This document shows positions 1-12,453 of a stretch of DNA of 64,000 bases, in pieces. The notes beneath the pieces are model-generated. The model ran no database searches, was not told the origin of the DNA, and saw nothing but the letters and a program-made list of their open reading frames with translations. Source of the stretch: Calcarisporiella thermophila CBS 279.70 (lineage: Eukaryota > Fungi > Calcarisporiellomycota); assembly GCF_041956535.1 (NCBI RefSeq), contig NW_027192197.1, positions 827,647 through 891,646 on the forward strand. Reading direction: 5' to 3'. Both the position numbers and the translations under genes were made by a program. The stretch's first letter is position 1. The number at the start of each line of letters is the position of its first letter.

Positions 1-19
1 CTCTAATCCCCGTAACAGC

Positions 20-402
20 TGTCATAAACTAGAGCGAGATAACTAGGGGATACTCGGGGAACATAGGTAAAACTAAAGGTTTATTCAAGAACAAGGTATG
101 TATCTTAGAAGTTCTCCTTAGAGTGTTCCTTTTATACTATAAGATATAATAACTATTTAACCTGTTAACTAATAAAGCTAATGAATACTGGTTTATAACT
201 AGTTCCTAATTAATGTCGGAGCTTGAATATCGTTGGTTAATTAAGGAGAAATTTTGTTGTTAGTGAACGAAGCGGCGGATTAGTTTTTGAATATCAAGTA
301 TTAATTTTTAAGTTCTTATAGTTTAATTTATTCCAAGAAAGCTGTTTTATTCTATATCCCTCCGTACAATTTTCCATGGTATACCCCCAAACTAACGTGA
401 CA
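20..402 (-). mobile_element. Putative solo LTR relic
   Basis: The minus strand starts TGTCAC and ends ATGACA (inverted termini). It contains TATAAAAGG followed by AATAAA and loosely resembles 1637-1800. No target-site duplication was found. Confidence 0.35.
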
Positions 403-973
403 TTCTGTCTTGTGCTAATGAAAGGATATGTCATAAATTAGGATAAAATATACGAATGAATGGTGATTTTACAGACAGCCAATATTCTAGCCGGTTTAGC
501 GACAGCTACATAGCTCTTTAGTGGCACTGGATTTTTGAAATACAGATTGATGACGGCAATCATCACTAGTAATTGGACAGGAGAATCTAATATTTGCAAG
601 CGATGCACAGCCAACGCAGTGGAAATCATTATCCATGCTTAAATGGAATGCCCTGGCCCTAAATCAGTTATGGTAAGCAGTAGACAGTTACATCTGCCGC
701 ATTCTGAATGATATTGGTTCGCCAATCAATTTCACGATTGTGTTCTTTTAACCATGGCCTTCCAATAATCACGTCAAACCGTCTTTTGACAATACAGTTC
801 ACGAATCATAAACTAAAACTGGCAACTACCTTTGTTCCAATGGTGAAAAATGTGTTCATATCTTTCTTTCACCTCCGCTTTCTGCAATACAGGCAATTCT
901 TTTGTTTAAACCGACGTTCTTCCCTTCGGCATCTGTGAGATAGACCACTACACCACCCCTCCTCCCTCTCCCA

Positions 974-1120
974 TTTTTTTTATTAGGAAGATCTTTATTA
1001 AAATGTTCCTTTTTCGTTCATAATAAATAGGATTGATAAACTCCTCCTTCTCCATTGTTTTTAACAAATGGATTTTATCAAGCTCCGGGGCTCCTAACCA
1101 CTGTGCCATCTAAGGACGGC
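974..1120 (-). mobile_element. Degenerate, internally deleted copy of the tRNA-derived SINE
   Basis: 1081-1120 (agctccggggctcctaaccactgtgccatctaaggacggc) aligns with the SINE head at 2161-2200. The poly(T) at 974-981 and gaagatctttattaaaatgttcc resemble the SINE tail at 1888-1930. Confidence 0.7.
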
Positions 1121-1636
1121 GGACGGCTTCCCCCAGTGCCGTGAGGTTTAATAGGGCAAAATCAACGATTATAATGCTAATTTATTAAAAAATTTCATGT
1201 TGCGACGAATATATGTCTAATAAGGTCTATCCCGACAATCCTCTAGCTATCCCTAAGCTCTTGATTGTCCTTCCTTAAACACTTCAGAAGACTAATAAAC
1301 GACACAAAGTGGATTGTAAACTAATCCGGTTCTATCTCAATACAAAATAGCACGTCTTTTATTGTAAATGAAATATCGGTCTTTTTATACTGTTGTTAAC
1401 ATATCACATAGGGAAAAATATAAATAATAAAAGTAATAAAATGGCATCATCTCAATATAATAAACTTATTATAAAATAAGGTTGGCGTAATAAACAACCG
1501 TATAATATTAAATATTCTCACAAAAGGGCTCAGTTAAAGAAATAAAGATAAAGTGATCAAGTCACAAAAGCTAAGCCTCCATTCTCTACTACTGCGCCAT
1601 TGATCCATTTAGTTCCAAATTTCCTCACAACATTCA

Positions 1637-1800
1637 TGACATAAATTCGGTAGGGATAATCTAGGATAATTGGGACAGGGATAAGGGAATAGAGGATTTA
1701 TTACAGAAAACCAAGGAAGAGGAATATATTCATAGTACTCCGGGGATGATTATTCTCTTCTTACAATGTTCTCAAAGAGTATCCCTTTATATAGGGTGAA
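1637..1800 (-). mobile_element. Possible second LTR fragment
   Basis: Loose similarity to 20-140 (tgacataaattcggtagggataat vs tgtcataaactagagcgagataac; agagtatccctttatata vs agagtgttccttttatac). Confidence 0.25.
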
Positions 1801-1887
1801 GCATGACCAATGAAATAAACTAATAACGGGAATTCAAATTAATATAATCTTAATACTTGTTTGCGGCTGCACTTGCGTCGTAGTCGG

Positions 1888-2201
1888 TTTTTTTTTTGAG
1901 ATTGAAGGATCTTTTATTGAAAAGTCTCCTATACAAGTTAAATGAAAGGATTTGCACGCTATTTCTAACGCTCGGCCATTGCTTACATGTATTTCTTCTG
2001 ACAAGTCACTATATTAAACGTATTTCTTTGTTTTCTGAGGACGATCAATATCAAATTATTAAGAACGAAGTAGCTTATAGCTCAATTCCTAGAGTATGTC
2101 CCGGACCCATCTCTAGTACAGGTGCCGTCGCCGGGAATTGAACCCAGCACACATTGGTTAAGCCCCGGGGCCCTTAACCACTGTGCTATCCAGGGACGGC
2201 T
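1888..2201 (-). mobile_element. Full-length tRNA-derived SINE (~314 bp) with poly(A) tail and 16-bp target-site duplication
   Basis: The minus-strand head GCCGTC...GACGGCA has an A box (TAGCACAGTGG) and a B box (GGTTCAATTCC). The 3' end has AATAAA and A10. The exact direct repeat cttgcgtcgtagtcgg lies at 1872-1887 and 2202-2217. Confidence 0.9.
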
Positions 2202-2283
2202 CTTGCGTCGTAGTCGGGTGCCGGAGGGTAGTCTTTAATCTCGTTGGGCTTCATATTTGATTCAGTTTATGATATTCAAGCAA

Positions 2284-2300
2284 GCTCTAGTGGCGTAATT

Positions 2301-2340
<40 letters not shown>

Positions 2341-2357
2341 GAGTCCACCCTTGAGCG
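2284..2357 (+). tRNA. tRNA-Asn(GTT)
   Basis: Cloverleaf with anticodon arm ttcgg-ctGTTaa-ccgaa and T loop GGTTCGAGTCC, followed by a T-rich terminator. Confidence 0.95.
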
Positions 2358-2890
2358 CTCTTATTTTGTTTATTTTATTAATTAATTTCTAACTAGTTTA
2401 TGTCTATACCTAAATAAGAGTTCCTTTTGTTTTATTTATTTTTCTTTTCGTTTCACCTATGCTCTTTAAAATGCAATCCTAATATTCTGCAACAATAAGA
2501 GTGAACCATGTATATTTCTGTCGCTTAAGCCTCTTCTAGAACTACATAATCTATTAATATGAGGGTTTTTGACATGGTAGGGGAAGATATTAGCGAAGGT
2601 GGAAATCTAAAAGGGTTTCGCTAGGAAAAACCAGCACAATTGCTAATTTAAATAGGATCCCAATATAATTCAATTTTTCACTCCGCTTTTTTAAAGTGTT
2701 TTTCATGATATTCTTTTTATTCTATAATTAGTGGAGTTTTCGAATTGTTCTCTTGCATTCCTCCTCCCTCCTTTTTTCCCCTCTTGATTCTCTTTTATTA
2801 TACTGGGATTTTGTAATAGTATTAGTTGGTATATCTTGTTTTTGATCTGCTCATTTACCTTTTTTTGAAATTCATCAAGATTGCAAAGGT

Positions 2891-5800
2891 ATGAATTTCT
2901 TTAGCGAAGGGGGAGCAACAGGCACAGGCGGAGGGGATACCAATACGGGCAACAGCTGGGGATTCTTCAAACAGGCAAAAGCAATTGTTGCCCAGATGGA
3001 TGGGTTTGTTTCTCAGCCTTCAACAACCAATGATGAAGACGAGAGAGAGAGTAGTATGTGGATCTGTCTAGTATTAATTTGCTGAATCCATGAATGAATT
3101 GTAATTTTATTAATACCAGATGTACTCATCGATCCAATCACTGGCTACATTGAAGAAAGTCCACGAGACCAGCATACAATCTCCCCTCCTACATTACAAT
3201 CCGCACCCTACACGTCTTCAGAATTAGGTGCCCCAAGTGATAATAAGCAAACACAAGCACGAGTACATAGCAGCGATGATCTGCAACGGCGCCTAAATGC
3301 AACAATGCAGCGGTTCCGAGCTACGCCTTCTTCAACATCTTCTCCTTCTCCTTCTTCTCCGTCGCCTCTAACCATTAAAGAAACGAAAAATGTGGAGACA
3401 ATTGAGGATGTTAGCGGAGAAACAAAGGGCATTTCGACCGATTCCAAGAAGTCAAATCCAGCTGTAGATGAACAGGAGCGTGAGACGGAGAAAATGACAG
3501 AAGGAAATGATACAATACCCAATTCTACCAATGATTCTATTCCAGACAAGCATGTAGATACAGAGGAACGCACTGATAACGACACAATAAGAATAACCAA
3601 TGCTAGGGCTAACCAAGACAGCAGCGATAGTCCAGCTTCACCGCATCAAAATGGAACCCAAAGCGCAGGACCATTGTCACATAGTATTCCTGACGCAGCT
3701 ACTAATCACAATTCTGGCACTGGTCCAGATGTCAAGGCAATGCATTCAATACCTAAGTCGCCTGCCAATGCGGAGGAATCGGCTGAAATATTGAGACGGA
3801 TTATTGAACAGCGTGAAAAGCAACTTATGAATGCAATGGAGCAGAACGCTGAACTGAACAGCGAACTAGAGCAGGAACGTAGTAAAGTGCGTGAAATCGA
3901 GAATCGACGAAATAAAGAAGTGGAGACAATGATGGCGCAAGTAATGTCACTTGAAACGCAAATAAAAGTTTGTATCCTTTTGTTTCCAGGCCCATGCATC
4001 GAAGCAAATTCATGCTTATTCTATTCTAGGAATGGGATTCAATGCGCTCGAAAGGTTTGAGTGGATCTGCCGCTGGCCTCCAGAAGATGATTGAAGAGCA
4101 AAAGCAACAGCTCGCGGAAAAGGAGGAGAAGATCTCGGGACTCTTACAAGAAGGTAAGGAAAATTTAAGGAGCAAGCAGAAATGTCACCCACATTTCCTT
4201 TCTTTTGGTACTCTTAGGAGAGAAGCTATCGAAAAACGAATTAAAGAATTTGAACACTATCAAAAAGCTACGAGCAGAGCGCACTGAACAAGAAAAGCAA
4301 ATGAACGATCTTCAAAAGCGTTTCGAAAAACTCACCTCGGATCATGCTGATCTACAGTCGAAATTGACGCGAGCAACGGAAGCGGAAAAGCGAGCTAATG
4401 ATCGAGCAAAGCAGCTGTCAGACACAAGCGACCGACATTTGAAGCAAATTAACAGGCTGGAAGCCGAGCTGGCTTCATTAAAGGAGACAAATGTAAACTT
4501 GCAGGTTGCGCTGGATCGCGCACGATTAGATTTAACAGAGGCACGAAAAGCTGGTGAGGATGCAAGCTCACAGGCTCAGAGCTCTGCACTTGAAAAGGAA
4601 CTCAAGGCGAACGAGGAGTTGCATCGAACTCTTGAAGCCGAGCGGAACAAAGCAAATGAGATGGAGCAGAATCTCCGACGCGAACTGCTGCAATTGCGCG
4701 CTGCCATTTCAAACGCACAAGAGCAGATCCGCCGCCAGGAGGAAGACGCGCGTCACGAGATCGAGTCATTGTATTCACGACTTCATGTTGCTGAAACACG
4801 AGGCGACGATTTGGCTGTAAGTGTGCAGGAAGCAACACGGCCACTACTACGCCAAATCGAATCGCTGCAGTCCCAACACTCCCATGCCCTCAAAAACTGG
4901 AATACGGTAGAGAAAAATCTAACTGCGCGTCTTCAGGAGGCGGAGCTTGAGCGGGAAAAGGCCGAGAAATCGGCACGTTCTTCGCTAGAGCGACTTGAAG
5001 AACTTTCAGGGATGGTTTCCAGTTTGGAGGGTCAATTAACGGCGGAGCGAAGAGAGCGTGCGAAGCAGCGCTCAGAATTTGAAGCAGTGACTATGCGAGT
5101 CAAAGAACTGGAAACGCGTGCAGAGACGGCCGAATCGAATCTTGCAGAGACACGTACGAAGAGCGTGCAGGAGCTTGAAAAAATGAGGCGGGAGCACGAG
5201 CAGGATCTTAAGCATGCAGTTGAAAGGGAGCGTTTACTCATGGAAGAGAAATACCGGCGAGAGGCCGCTTCGGCTTCCTCACCTAGTGCAGCAAATTTGA
5301 ACGCTGCAGCTGGACCCGTGGTCGTTGACCAAGAGCATGCCGCCTCCTATTCTCCAGAAACACGACGAAAACTGACAAATCGACCATTAATTACGACCGT
5401 GGAGGTTGTCGGCTCCCCGCGTTTACCAACGTCTCCTCCAGCTCGCTCCTTAAGTGCTGGTGCAGTCCGACCCGAGGAGAGCCTGGCAGAAGGCACTGAA
5501 GCATACAGTGCGCGATCTAGCCTTGACAGCACAACATATCCTGCATCGACAACCTCGGGAGGCCTACTAACTTCGGGGGCTCCGTCGACGGTGATAGTCG
5601 AGCGGCTTCAATCCAATATACGATACCTCGAGGGCCAGATCGGATCGCTGCAGGTGCAGCTGCAGAGTTCAAACCAAACCAGAGACGAGTTGATGGAGGA
5701 GCTCCTGAAGTTGGAATCGGTCCGGGACGCAGCGGCGCGTTTGCCTCAAGTAGAAAAGGAGATGGAGGAGCTCAACTTCCGCTACCAGACCACGCTTGAG

Positions 5801-5932
5801 CTGCTTGGAGAAAAAACGGAGAAGGCCATCGAGCTGCAGGCGGATTTGGATGACGTCAAGGAGGCGTATCGGGAACAGATTCAACAGCTCCTTGCGAGAA
5901 TCGAAGTTCTGGAGAGGGATAAATCTGGCTAG
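2891..5932 (+). CDS. SGM1: TATA element modulatory factor / Sgm1-type golgin coiled-coil protein (about 4 exons)
   Basis: Long heptad coiled coil with a C-terminal LELLGEKTEKAIELQADLDDVKEAYREQI motif typical of TMF1/Sgm1. Introns at about 3054-3119, 3968-4030 and 4153-4218. Confidence 0.85.
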
Positions 5933-6171
5933 ATATAGGGGAGGGTTTCTTAAATGGCTGGGCTATTTTGTTTGATTTAATTTCATTTTGTGTTGAGTTC
6001 CCCTACCCAGGGACCAGTTGGTCGGCTGGCTGTCGATGTCCACCCTTGTTTATTATTTTATTTGTCTTGATATGATAAATGAAAAAGAGTAAAAACAGGA
6101 AACACGGTGCGGGACATCCTCTATTGAAGCATTGGCTCTCTTGTGAGAGAGCGAGCGAGTGCTTACATGTG

Positions 6172-8053
6172 TTATTCTCGCTTGTCCACCTTTTCTACCT
6201 TGGGTCTAGAGCCAAGGATCCACCGGCGCAAAGTTGCGACCCCTCCATATCCTGTGCCTTCGCTAATGCGTTCAGAAGAAGGTGCCGTGGCTGTGAAAGT
6301 ATTGGCGGGTGCCACGGACGCTGCCGCTACTGGAGTCGAGGAAGAGGTAAGTGCAGAAGAGGAAGTTGACTTCGACACTCCAACCGCCTCGAAGTTAACG
6401 CCACCACCCGTCGTCACCGTTGCAAAATAGGACGGCGATTCGCGATTAAGGGCTGGGACGGGAGGCACAGGTTCTTTAGAGAGGGTATCAGCTCTTTTTT
6501 GCTCCCTACTCCGTGCAAGTGAAGAGGTGGCTCTACAAAATATCCATGTCAAAAGCAAGGGGCCATAAGCTGTCATTCCAAAATATATGATCCAGTGTTC
6601 ACCACTCACAGTTTTAGTCCTTCAAAGGTGGGTTCCACTCTAGAGGCAAGATAGAAGTCTAATCAAGTGTTAGAATATAAGTTTTTCATAGCCATGGAAG
6701 GGAAAGGTGGGAGGAAGGGGGAGAAGGGAAAGCCGGAAAGTGATGAGAATGGATGAAGTTGCTTACCTCCTGGGCCCTTTAATCGCACAAATTCCTAAAT
6801 TGAAATAAACCCATTTGGTGAATTGAACTCAGTGTGATGCTCTACTGAGGGCAGCCTACCTGATTCCCAATGAGCCATGTCTTCAATTTCGCGGAAACTC
6901 TAGACACAGAGTCTACAATACCTTTCACGTAAGGGTTGCTAAGAGTATTTCGCACAGCAGAGTATTGGTTCAGTCGAGAGCCCGTTGAGCGAGGCAATGC
7001 TTTCGTGGGGTTGGTGCGAGCGTCCCAGGCAATCAAAAGTCTAACGATCGTGGTCGTATTAGCACGAGTCATTTTGAGAGCGAGAGCAAATAGATTCGTT
7101 CTTACTTTGGATGTACTAGATATTCCTCGCCCACGCCAAGCACCAGCCGGTAAATGCCTCCGTAGCCAGAGATGGCTAATGGCCCACGCCCTGTGATATG
7201 ATGTGTGAACGAATTGAATAATCCCTTTGGAAAGAACAATCGCGTAAATGCATTGAATTGAGATTCAGGATAGAGTGCCAAATACCACGCCAGAGCCCTT
7301 CATTCCGCGAACGCCAACCTGCACCACCACCCGTGGTCCCTTGGCCAGGAATGAATCCCGTCTTACATAATAAGCAGAGGTGCCATCCATTTGTATAGCG
7401 GCAATATCCGAAACTCGCCGAGGAGCCAACAGTATATCTCCAGATAGATTTCCAGTAGAGAACTATGGCAAAAGTGATATTAACATCCAGTTTGAGAATT
7501 AAAATGAGAATTGACTGTCTTACTTTTTGATAATATAGAGTGTCACCAACTAATTTTCGGCTTATAGCTTTGAGTACATTGCCATCGGTAGTAAAATCAG
7601 CATGCACATCGCTAGAAAGTCCAAGCGCGCTTCCAGAAGCTGCAGTTATCTCGGAGTTAGGTAGAAGTTTTACCAGAAGCGCCGATCCCAATCCGGCAGA
7701 CACCACTTGAAAACTCGGATCAGGTATCCCAGGAGTGACCCATTTCGATCCCGAATTGATGTCTTACAATTCAAGTGAAAGAGAACGCAAAATGAATAAA
7801 TATATATTCCATTCAACATGGCAACCCTAGAATTACCTTCAGACTGTTTTGAAATTGTAGTTGCTGGCCAGTTCTCCGTTGCTTTATTCTCATGCGTATC
7901 ACTCACTTTGCGGTCAAGTGTCGATACGCCCTGCACGCGCTTGGATGCCGCCGTCAGATGGGGTGCTGGCGAGTTGTAAGCGAGACCAGCATAGGAACGC
8001 GTGAGCAATGCATAGGATAGGGAGTAGCGCACCGGTAATGCGGTGAGCTTCAT
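6172..8053 (-). CDS. AIM24: AIM24-domain mitochondrial protein (multi-exon)
   Basis: The spliced translation gives GDILLAPRR..IQMDG..YYVRRDSFLA, GRGPLAISGYGGIYRLVLGVGEEYLVHPKLLIAWD and EFVRLKGPGDFYLASR. The N-terminus is presequence-like (MKLTALPVRYSLS). Confidence 0.8.
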
Positions 8054-8509
8054 TTGGGATATCGACTGGCACTGAATCCTAATGCACTCGTTATTTTTCT
8101 CGCTATTCGCGAATCCACTATTAGCACACTCCAATGCTGCGCCGTGAAAAATCGGGCCTAAAAGCCACAGAAGGATAAAAAATATCGATTCGGGTAGGAA
8201 CCCCTTTAGAAACACCTACATAACTTGAAGGCGGCCATACTGCCATTGTCATACTATTCGTGCTATTCCAACGCGTTCCGCCCTATCTCTCCTTACATAA
8301 GTTAATAGAATAGACTATAAACAAACAAACAAGAATTCCAAATAATGTTTATTCCATCTTGTATCCCACTGAAAGACAAGCGCAGAGAAAGCATACATAC
8401 ACAAAGCAGTAACATTAAAAAAAAAATAAGCAAAACGAAATTAGCATTACTATTAATAATAAATAATTCATGGCGACCAAGTGTCTCGACCCATTTCGCA
8501 GCTTCCGCA

Positions 8510-9745
8510 CTAGGTTGAAAAATCCGGAAAGAGGGTGTCGATCTGGGGATATTTCCTGCCAAGCAGCCTTAAAAACTCAGCGTCCACGTCCTGCGCAGCC
8601 GCCACATTCAGCTCTCTCAACTGAGGTAATCCCTGCACCAACCTTATTACGTCTGACTTGGATAGCCGACTTGCGTACAAATGCAAAACTTCTAATTTCG
8701 CGCACTTGAGCAGCCGTTCGACGCTGATATTGGTAACAGAGGGGTTTTCCTTGGCCATGAGGAGCAGCAGGCACCGGATGTTGGGACAATGGGAGGCCAA
8801 TATTTCGAGCAGTGTATCATTCAGACTCATTCCAGGTGTGCCGGACAAACCACCGGCTCTAAACTCCAACAAATCTGGCGACTCAGTGAGCAGGTTGCGG
8901 AGCGCTTTGCTGCTTCCTGCCTCATTGGTCACTCGAGGACATTGGCGCACGTCGATGACCACCATGCCCCGCAGACAACCCACACTTCGCCAGCTGATTT
9001 GTGAGCATCTCCGCACTTCTAACTGGCAAAGCTCCGTTAAACCCTTTTGCTGTAGCTCGCCGGCCGTGAATATGGTTGCATCGGTCAAACGCTCGCAATT
9101 AGAGGCGTTTAAGATCTGGAGGTTCTGGCATCGCTTTAAAATGGCCACAAGAGACCGGTCTGTAACCTTACAACCTGCCACACTTAGAGCCTGCAATCCA
9201 GTGCAGTTTTCCGCTATGGCCAACAGAGTAAGATCATTGACGGCCTGACACCGTGTCAACTCTAATTCTTTCAAGTGTTTCCAATGTGGAATCAGGCTTA
9301 TAATCTCTGCGCGACATCCTGTTAGGTTAACCTGCATGACTTCAGTACAGGTATTAAACAGTCGCTCCAGCTGCTCCTCTGTTACAGTGTCGCGTAGCTG
9401 AGTACGCGTATGTTGCGGGGTGCGATCAATATTGGCACTCAGATCGATGACGCTAACTAAATTTCGGCCCATGTTGACATTGTCCAGGAAAGCTTCGAAT
9501 GATTTGAGAGATTTGAAGCGGGGCTGGTCGTACAATAGTGATAGAGCCAGTTTGTGCCAGCTCTTATTAACCATGGTGCAAGTGGCGAGGGTGGCCTGTG
9601 ACGTGGAGAGGTAAGAGAGGATATAAGAGATTATTTCGTCGGTTAGGAGCTCATGCGATCGATGGGGAGCAAGATACTGATCGCCCGTGGATCTCCAAGA
9701 AGGCGGTGTACGTGGTGACTCTTGGTTCATCGCTATTTCTATCAT
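8510..9745 (-). CDS. F-box/leucine-rich repeat protein (AMN1/GRR1-like LRRs)
   Basis: F-box LLTDEIISYILSYL..CTMVNKSWHKLA followed by Cys-containing LRRs (LELTRCQAVND, LNASNCERLTD). Confidence 0.85.
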   Translation of the reverse strand: MIEIAMNQESPRTPPSWRSTGDQYLAPHRSHELLTDEIISYILSYLSTSQATLATCTMVNKSWHKLALSLLYDQPRFKSLKSFEAFLDNVNMGRNLVSVIDLSANIDRTPQHTRTQLRDTVTEEQLERLFNTCTEVMQVNLTGCRAEIISLIPHWKHLKELELTRCQAVNDLTLLAIAENCTGLQALSVAGCKVTDRSLVAILKRCQNLQILNASNCERLTDATIFTAGELQQKGLTELCQLEVRRCSQISWRSVGCLRGMVVIDVRQCPRVTNEAGSSKALRNLLTESPDLLEFRAGGLSGTPGMSLNDTLLEILASHCPNIRCLLLLMAKENPSVTNISVERLLKCAKLEVLHLYASRLSKSDVIRLVQGLPQLRELNVAAAQDVDAEFLRLLGRKYPQIDTLFPDFST

Positions 9746-9981
9746 CGATCTCTTTGTTCCGTTGCAACAGTTTTTTTTTCTGATCCCTATTAAAGTGGAA
9801 TTTTGGACTTCATCGAGATGAATTCCTTCGAGGTCGCGAGTGATTCAGTTCAGCCTAAACTGGAAGATTTTATTTTCCTTTTTTATTGGAATGACTACGA
9901 AGGAGTCACTACTGTGGATCTATTTAAGGTCTATTTTCATGGAGCTAGAATATGCCCCTTGGATTGAACAAAATCATTCCT

Positions 9982-11198
9982 ATGGCGGCTGCAGTAGAGA
10001 GACGCCGTAGTGCACGGCTACTTTCCAAGGGGTTATCCCAAGCTAATATGAACACTATTCTCAAACAATCCAAGACGAGCATTATTCAGAAGAAGCGTGT
10101 GCAACCGAAAAAGGTATCCTAGCTCTGAGGTGTTCGCTTGTTTATTCTTCAAACTTAGCTCTCGAGTTGATGCTAGGCTGTCTCCAAAGGAAATAAAGAG
10201 AATCCCCCCTTAGAAAATGCTGAAACGATTACCACAACTACTGATATCTCCATATCCCGAGAACTCCACATTCCGGCGCCCTTTGATTATGACACAGCCA
10301 TGCGTACCCTCACCAAAGCAGATCCACTTCTCGCCCCCCTCATCCAACAGTACCCTTGCACTCCATTCCTTGATGAACCATTGCATCCCTCACAGACATT
10401 TAGCACGCTCATTCGTTCTATTATTTTTCAGCAATTGAGCGGAAAAGTGGCCTCCACGATCATGTATCGCTTTGTGCAGCTCTTTCACGAGGAAGAGCTG
10501 CCAAAGGACTACGACGAGAAGGCGACCATAGTGAAATGGTTTCCGAGCCCAGAGAGTATTTTGGAGAAATCCGTTGGAGAGCTGAGGAAGGTTGGATTAT
10601 CCGAGCGAAAGGTTGGCTATTCCACCGATCTGAGGAGGAGGAAGAGGATCTCCCCATTTATCTCTTCTCTTATCTTGTTGAATCTAGGCCTCCTATATCC
10701 AAGATTTAGCTCAAAAGTTCAAGGATAAGGAAATCGAAGGCGAAAAGCTATTCACCATGACCGATGAGGAAATTTCCAAGACTCTGTGTGCCGTGAAGGG
10801 AATCGGCCAGTGGTAATGTTCAATGGGATTGTGGATTCCATGCCTCCTTTACTAAATGCATTATTCCATATTCAAGGACGGTCGACATGTTCCTGATGTT
10901 TCACATGAAGGTCTCTCTCGTTTTGTGTAGCTTTGTTGTGTGTGATTAGGCTGACCCCTTTGATTTTGTATCACCGTAGAGAACCGATGTGCTTCCCGTG
11001 CTCGACCTCGGGGTCCAAAAGGGCGTCTACCATCACTTTGGCCTCTCGAAAAAAGAGCGAGGAGGAAACGGTAAAACGCGACCCGCATTGCCGAAACCAG
11101 ACGAAATGCGAGCGCTGACGGAAAAATGGCGACCCTTTAGAAGTATTGGGTCCTGGTATATGTGGAAGACGATGGACACCGTGCTGATGGAAAAATGA
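9982..11198 (+). CDS. MAG1: DNA-3-methyladenine glycosylase (AlkA/Mag1, HhH-GPD), multi-exon
   Basis: Motifs LIRSIIFQQLSGKVA, HhH VKGIGQWTVDMFLMF, LPVLDLGVQKG and WRPFRSIGSWYMWK. Confidence 0.9.
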
Positions 11199-12453
11199 TT
11201 CCACATTTGTCAAGATTAAATTATTCAAGATGGTCTACGGATTCGACGATGTATTATGTTTTATATCTGTTAACACTATGGAGTCCATTCAGTATGAAAT
11301 AAATCTAATATTAAAGCCCCGTATTTTCCCTTTTGCTTTATGGTGAATCCTTAATACAGGCTCCAGCCCCCTGTATCGGCTTGCTAGTGGCCTTAAAGCG
11401 TAAGCCGCCTTCTTATCTCTTGGCACGGATGCCCGCCACTTGACTAACCGCCATGTATCGTTGCCCCCTTTCAAACTAACCTTTCTACACCTCTCATTCA
11501 ACGATAACTTCTATGCAAAAAAAAAAATCGCCGCATGCAGTTGGGAAAACACGCTCTTTAAAGAGCGAATCCCATTTCTCAAAGCGAGGCTCTGCACGCT
11601 TTCATCGCCGCCTGCTTGATAGTGGATGGGTTGCATTAGCTCAAAAGGGATCGATTGATAAGGGGACTCCTCGTGTACATGGACTAAATTGCTCAATCAG
11701 CCGTGATAAGCCCCAGCAAGTACAATTATCACCAGAAAGCCACCTATTGTTCTCGGAATTGATCGAGGCTCGTCGGGGTATGATGAGGGATGGAGGAGCG
11801 GCTGTCATCAGAGCGGGACAAGATATCCCAAATGCCACGTTACGGATGACCCATTCTCCTTTGCGCGAGCTGCATATGCTGGCTGATATCGAGAAAAGCC
11901 ACGGCCGGGAGGTCCGGTCGCTCACAGAGGGCAATATGCACTGGGCATGCCGATTACGCTAGATTGCCCCTCACGAACAAGTGGAGCCGTTCTTGCTTCC
12001 CCACCCCAGCTAGGGAACGCCAAACCAGCCCAATCGGGCGGCCCAGAGGCAGGCCGCGGGGGATCGTGGGATCCATAGGACTCGGCCGGAGCCCAAGGCT
12101 TAGATTCGAATACGGAGAAGAAAAACACCGCCTCCCCAGGATGGCAATTTACGCTGAGGAGAGGTTACACACGCATTAAAGAGTTTAACCCTGAAGAAAC
12201 GTGATCCAATTTGGGATTACTAAAGAGATATTTCCAGCACAGACCGCCAATGAAACTGCTCCGCTTGATATTTCGCCGTCCCATCAGAGGTCACGGCCTG
12301 TCCATATTGGCTTAAAGTTTGTGTGCACTTCAGGTGTAATCCGAGCTGCATTTCCCTCGCGACACTCTTCCGTCTCCATCCCTGGTCGCCATTCTCTCCG
12401 AATTCACTGCACTTGCTCGGCGGCTTATAGGCAGAGGCATAGGCATCACCGAG

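Noticed and set aside
2123-2200. tRNA-like sequence as a functional tRNA gene
   Set aside because: It has A/B boxes and acceptor-like ends but no proper anticodon stem-loop, and it lies inside a TSD-flanked poly(A) element. It is a SINE head.
7670-8215. Secreted protein suggested by the ORF's hydrophobic start (MFLKGFLPES...)
   Set aside because: That start is a GTG. The ATG at 8053 gives a mitochondrial-type presequence that splices into AIM24.
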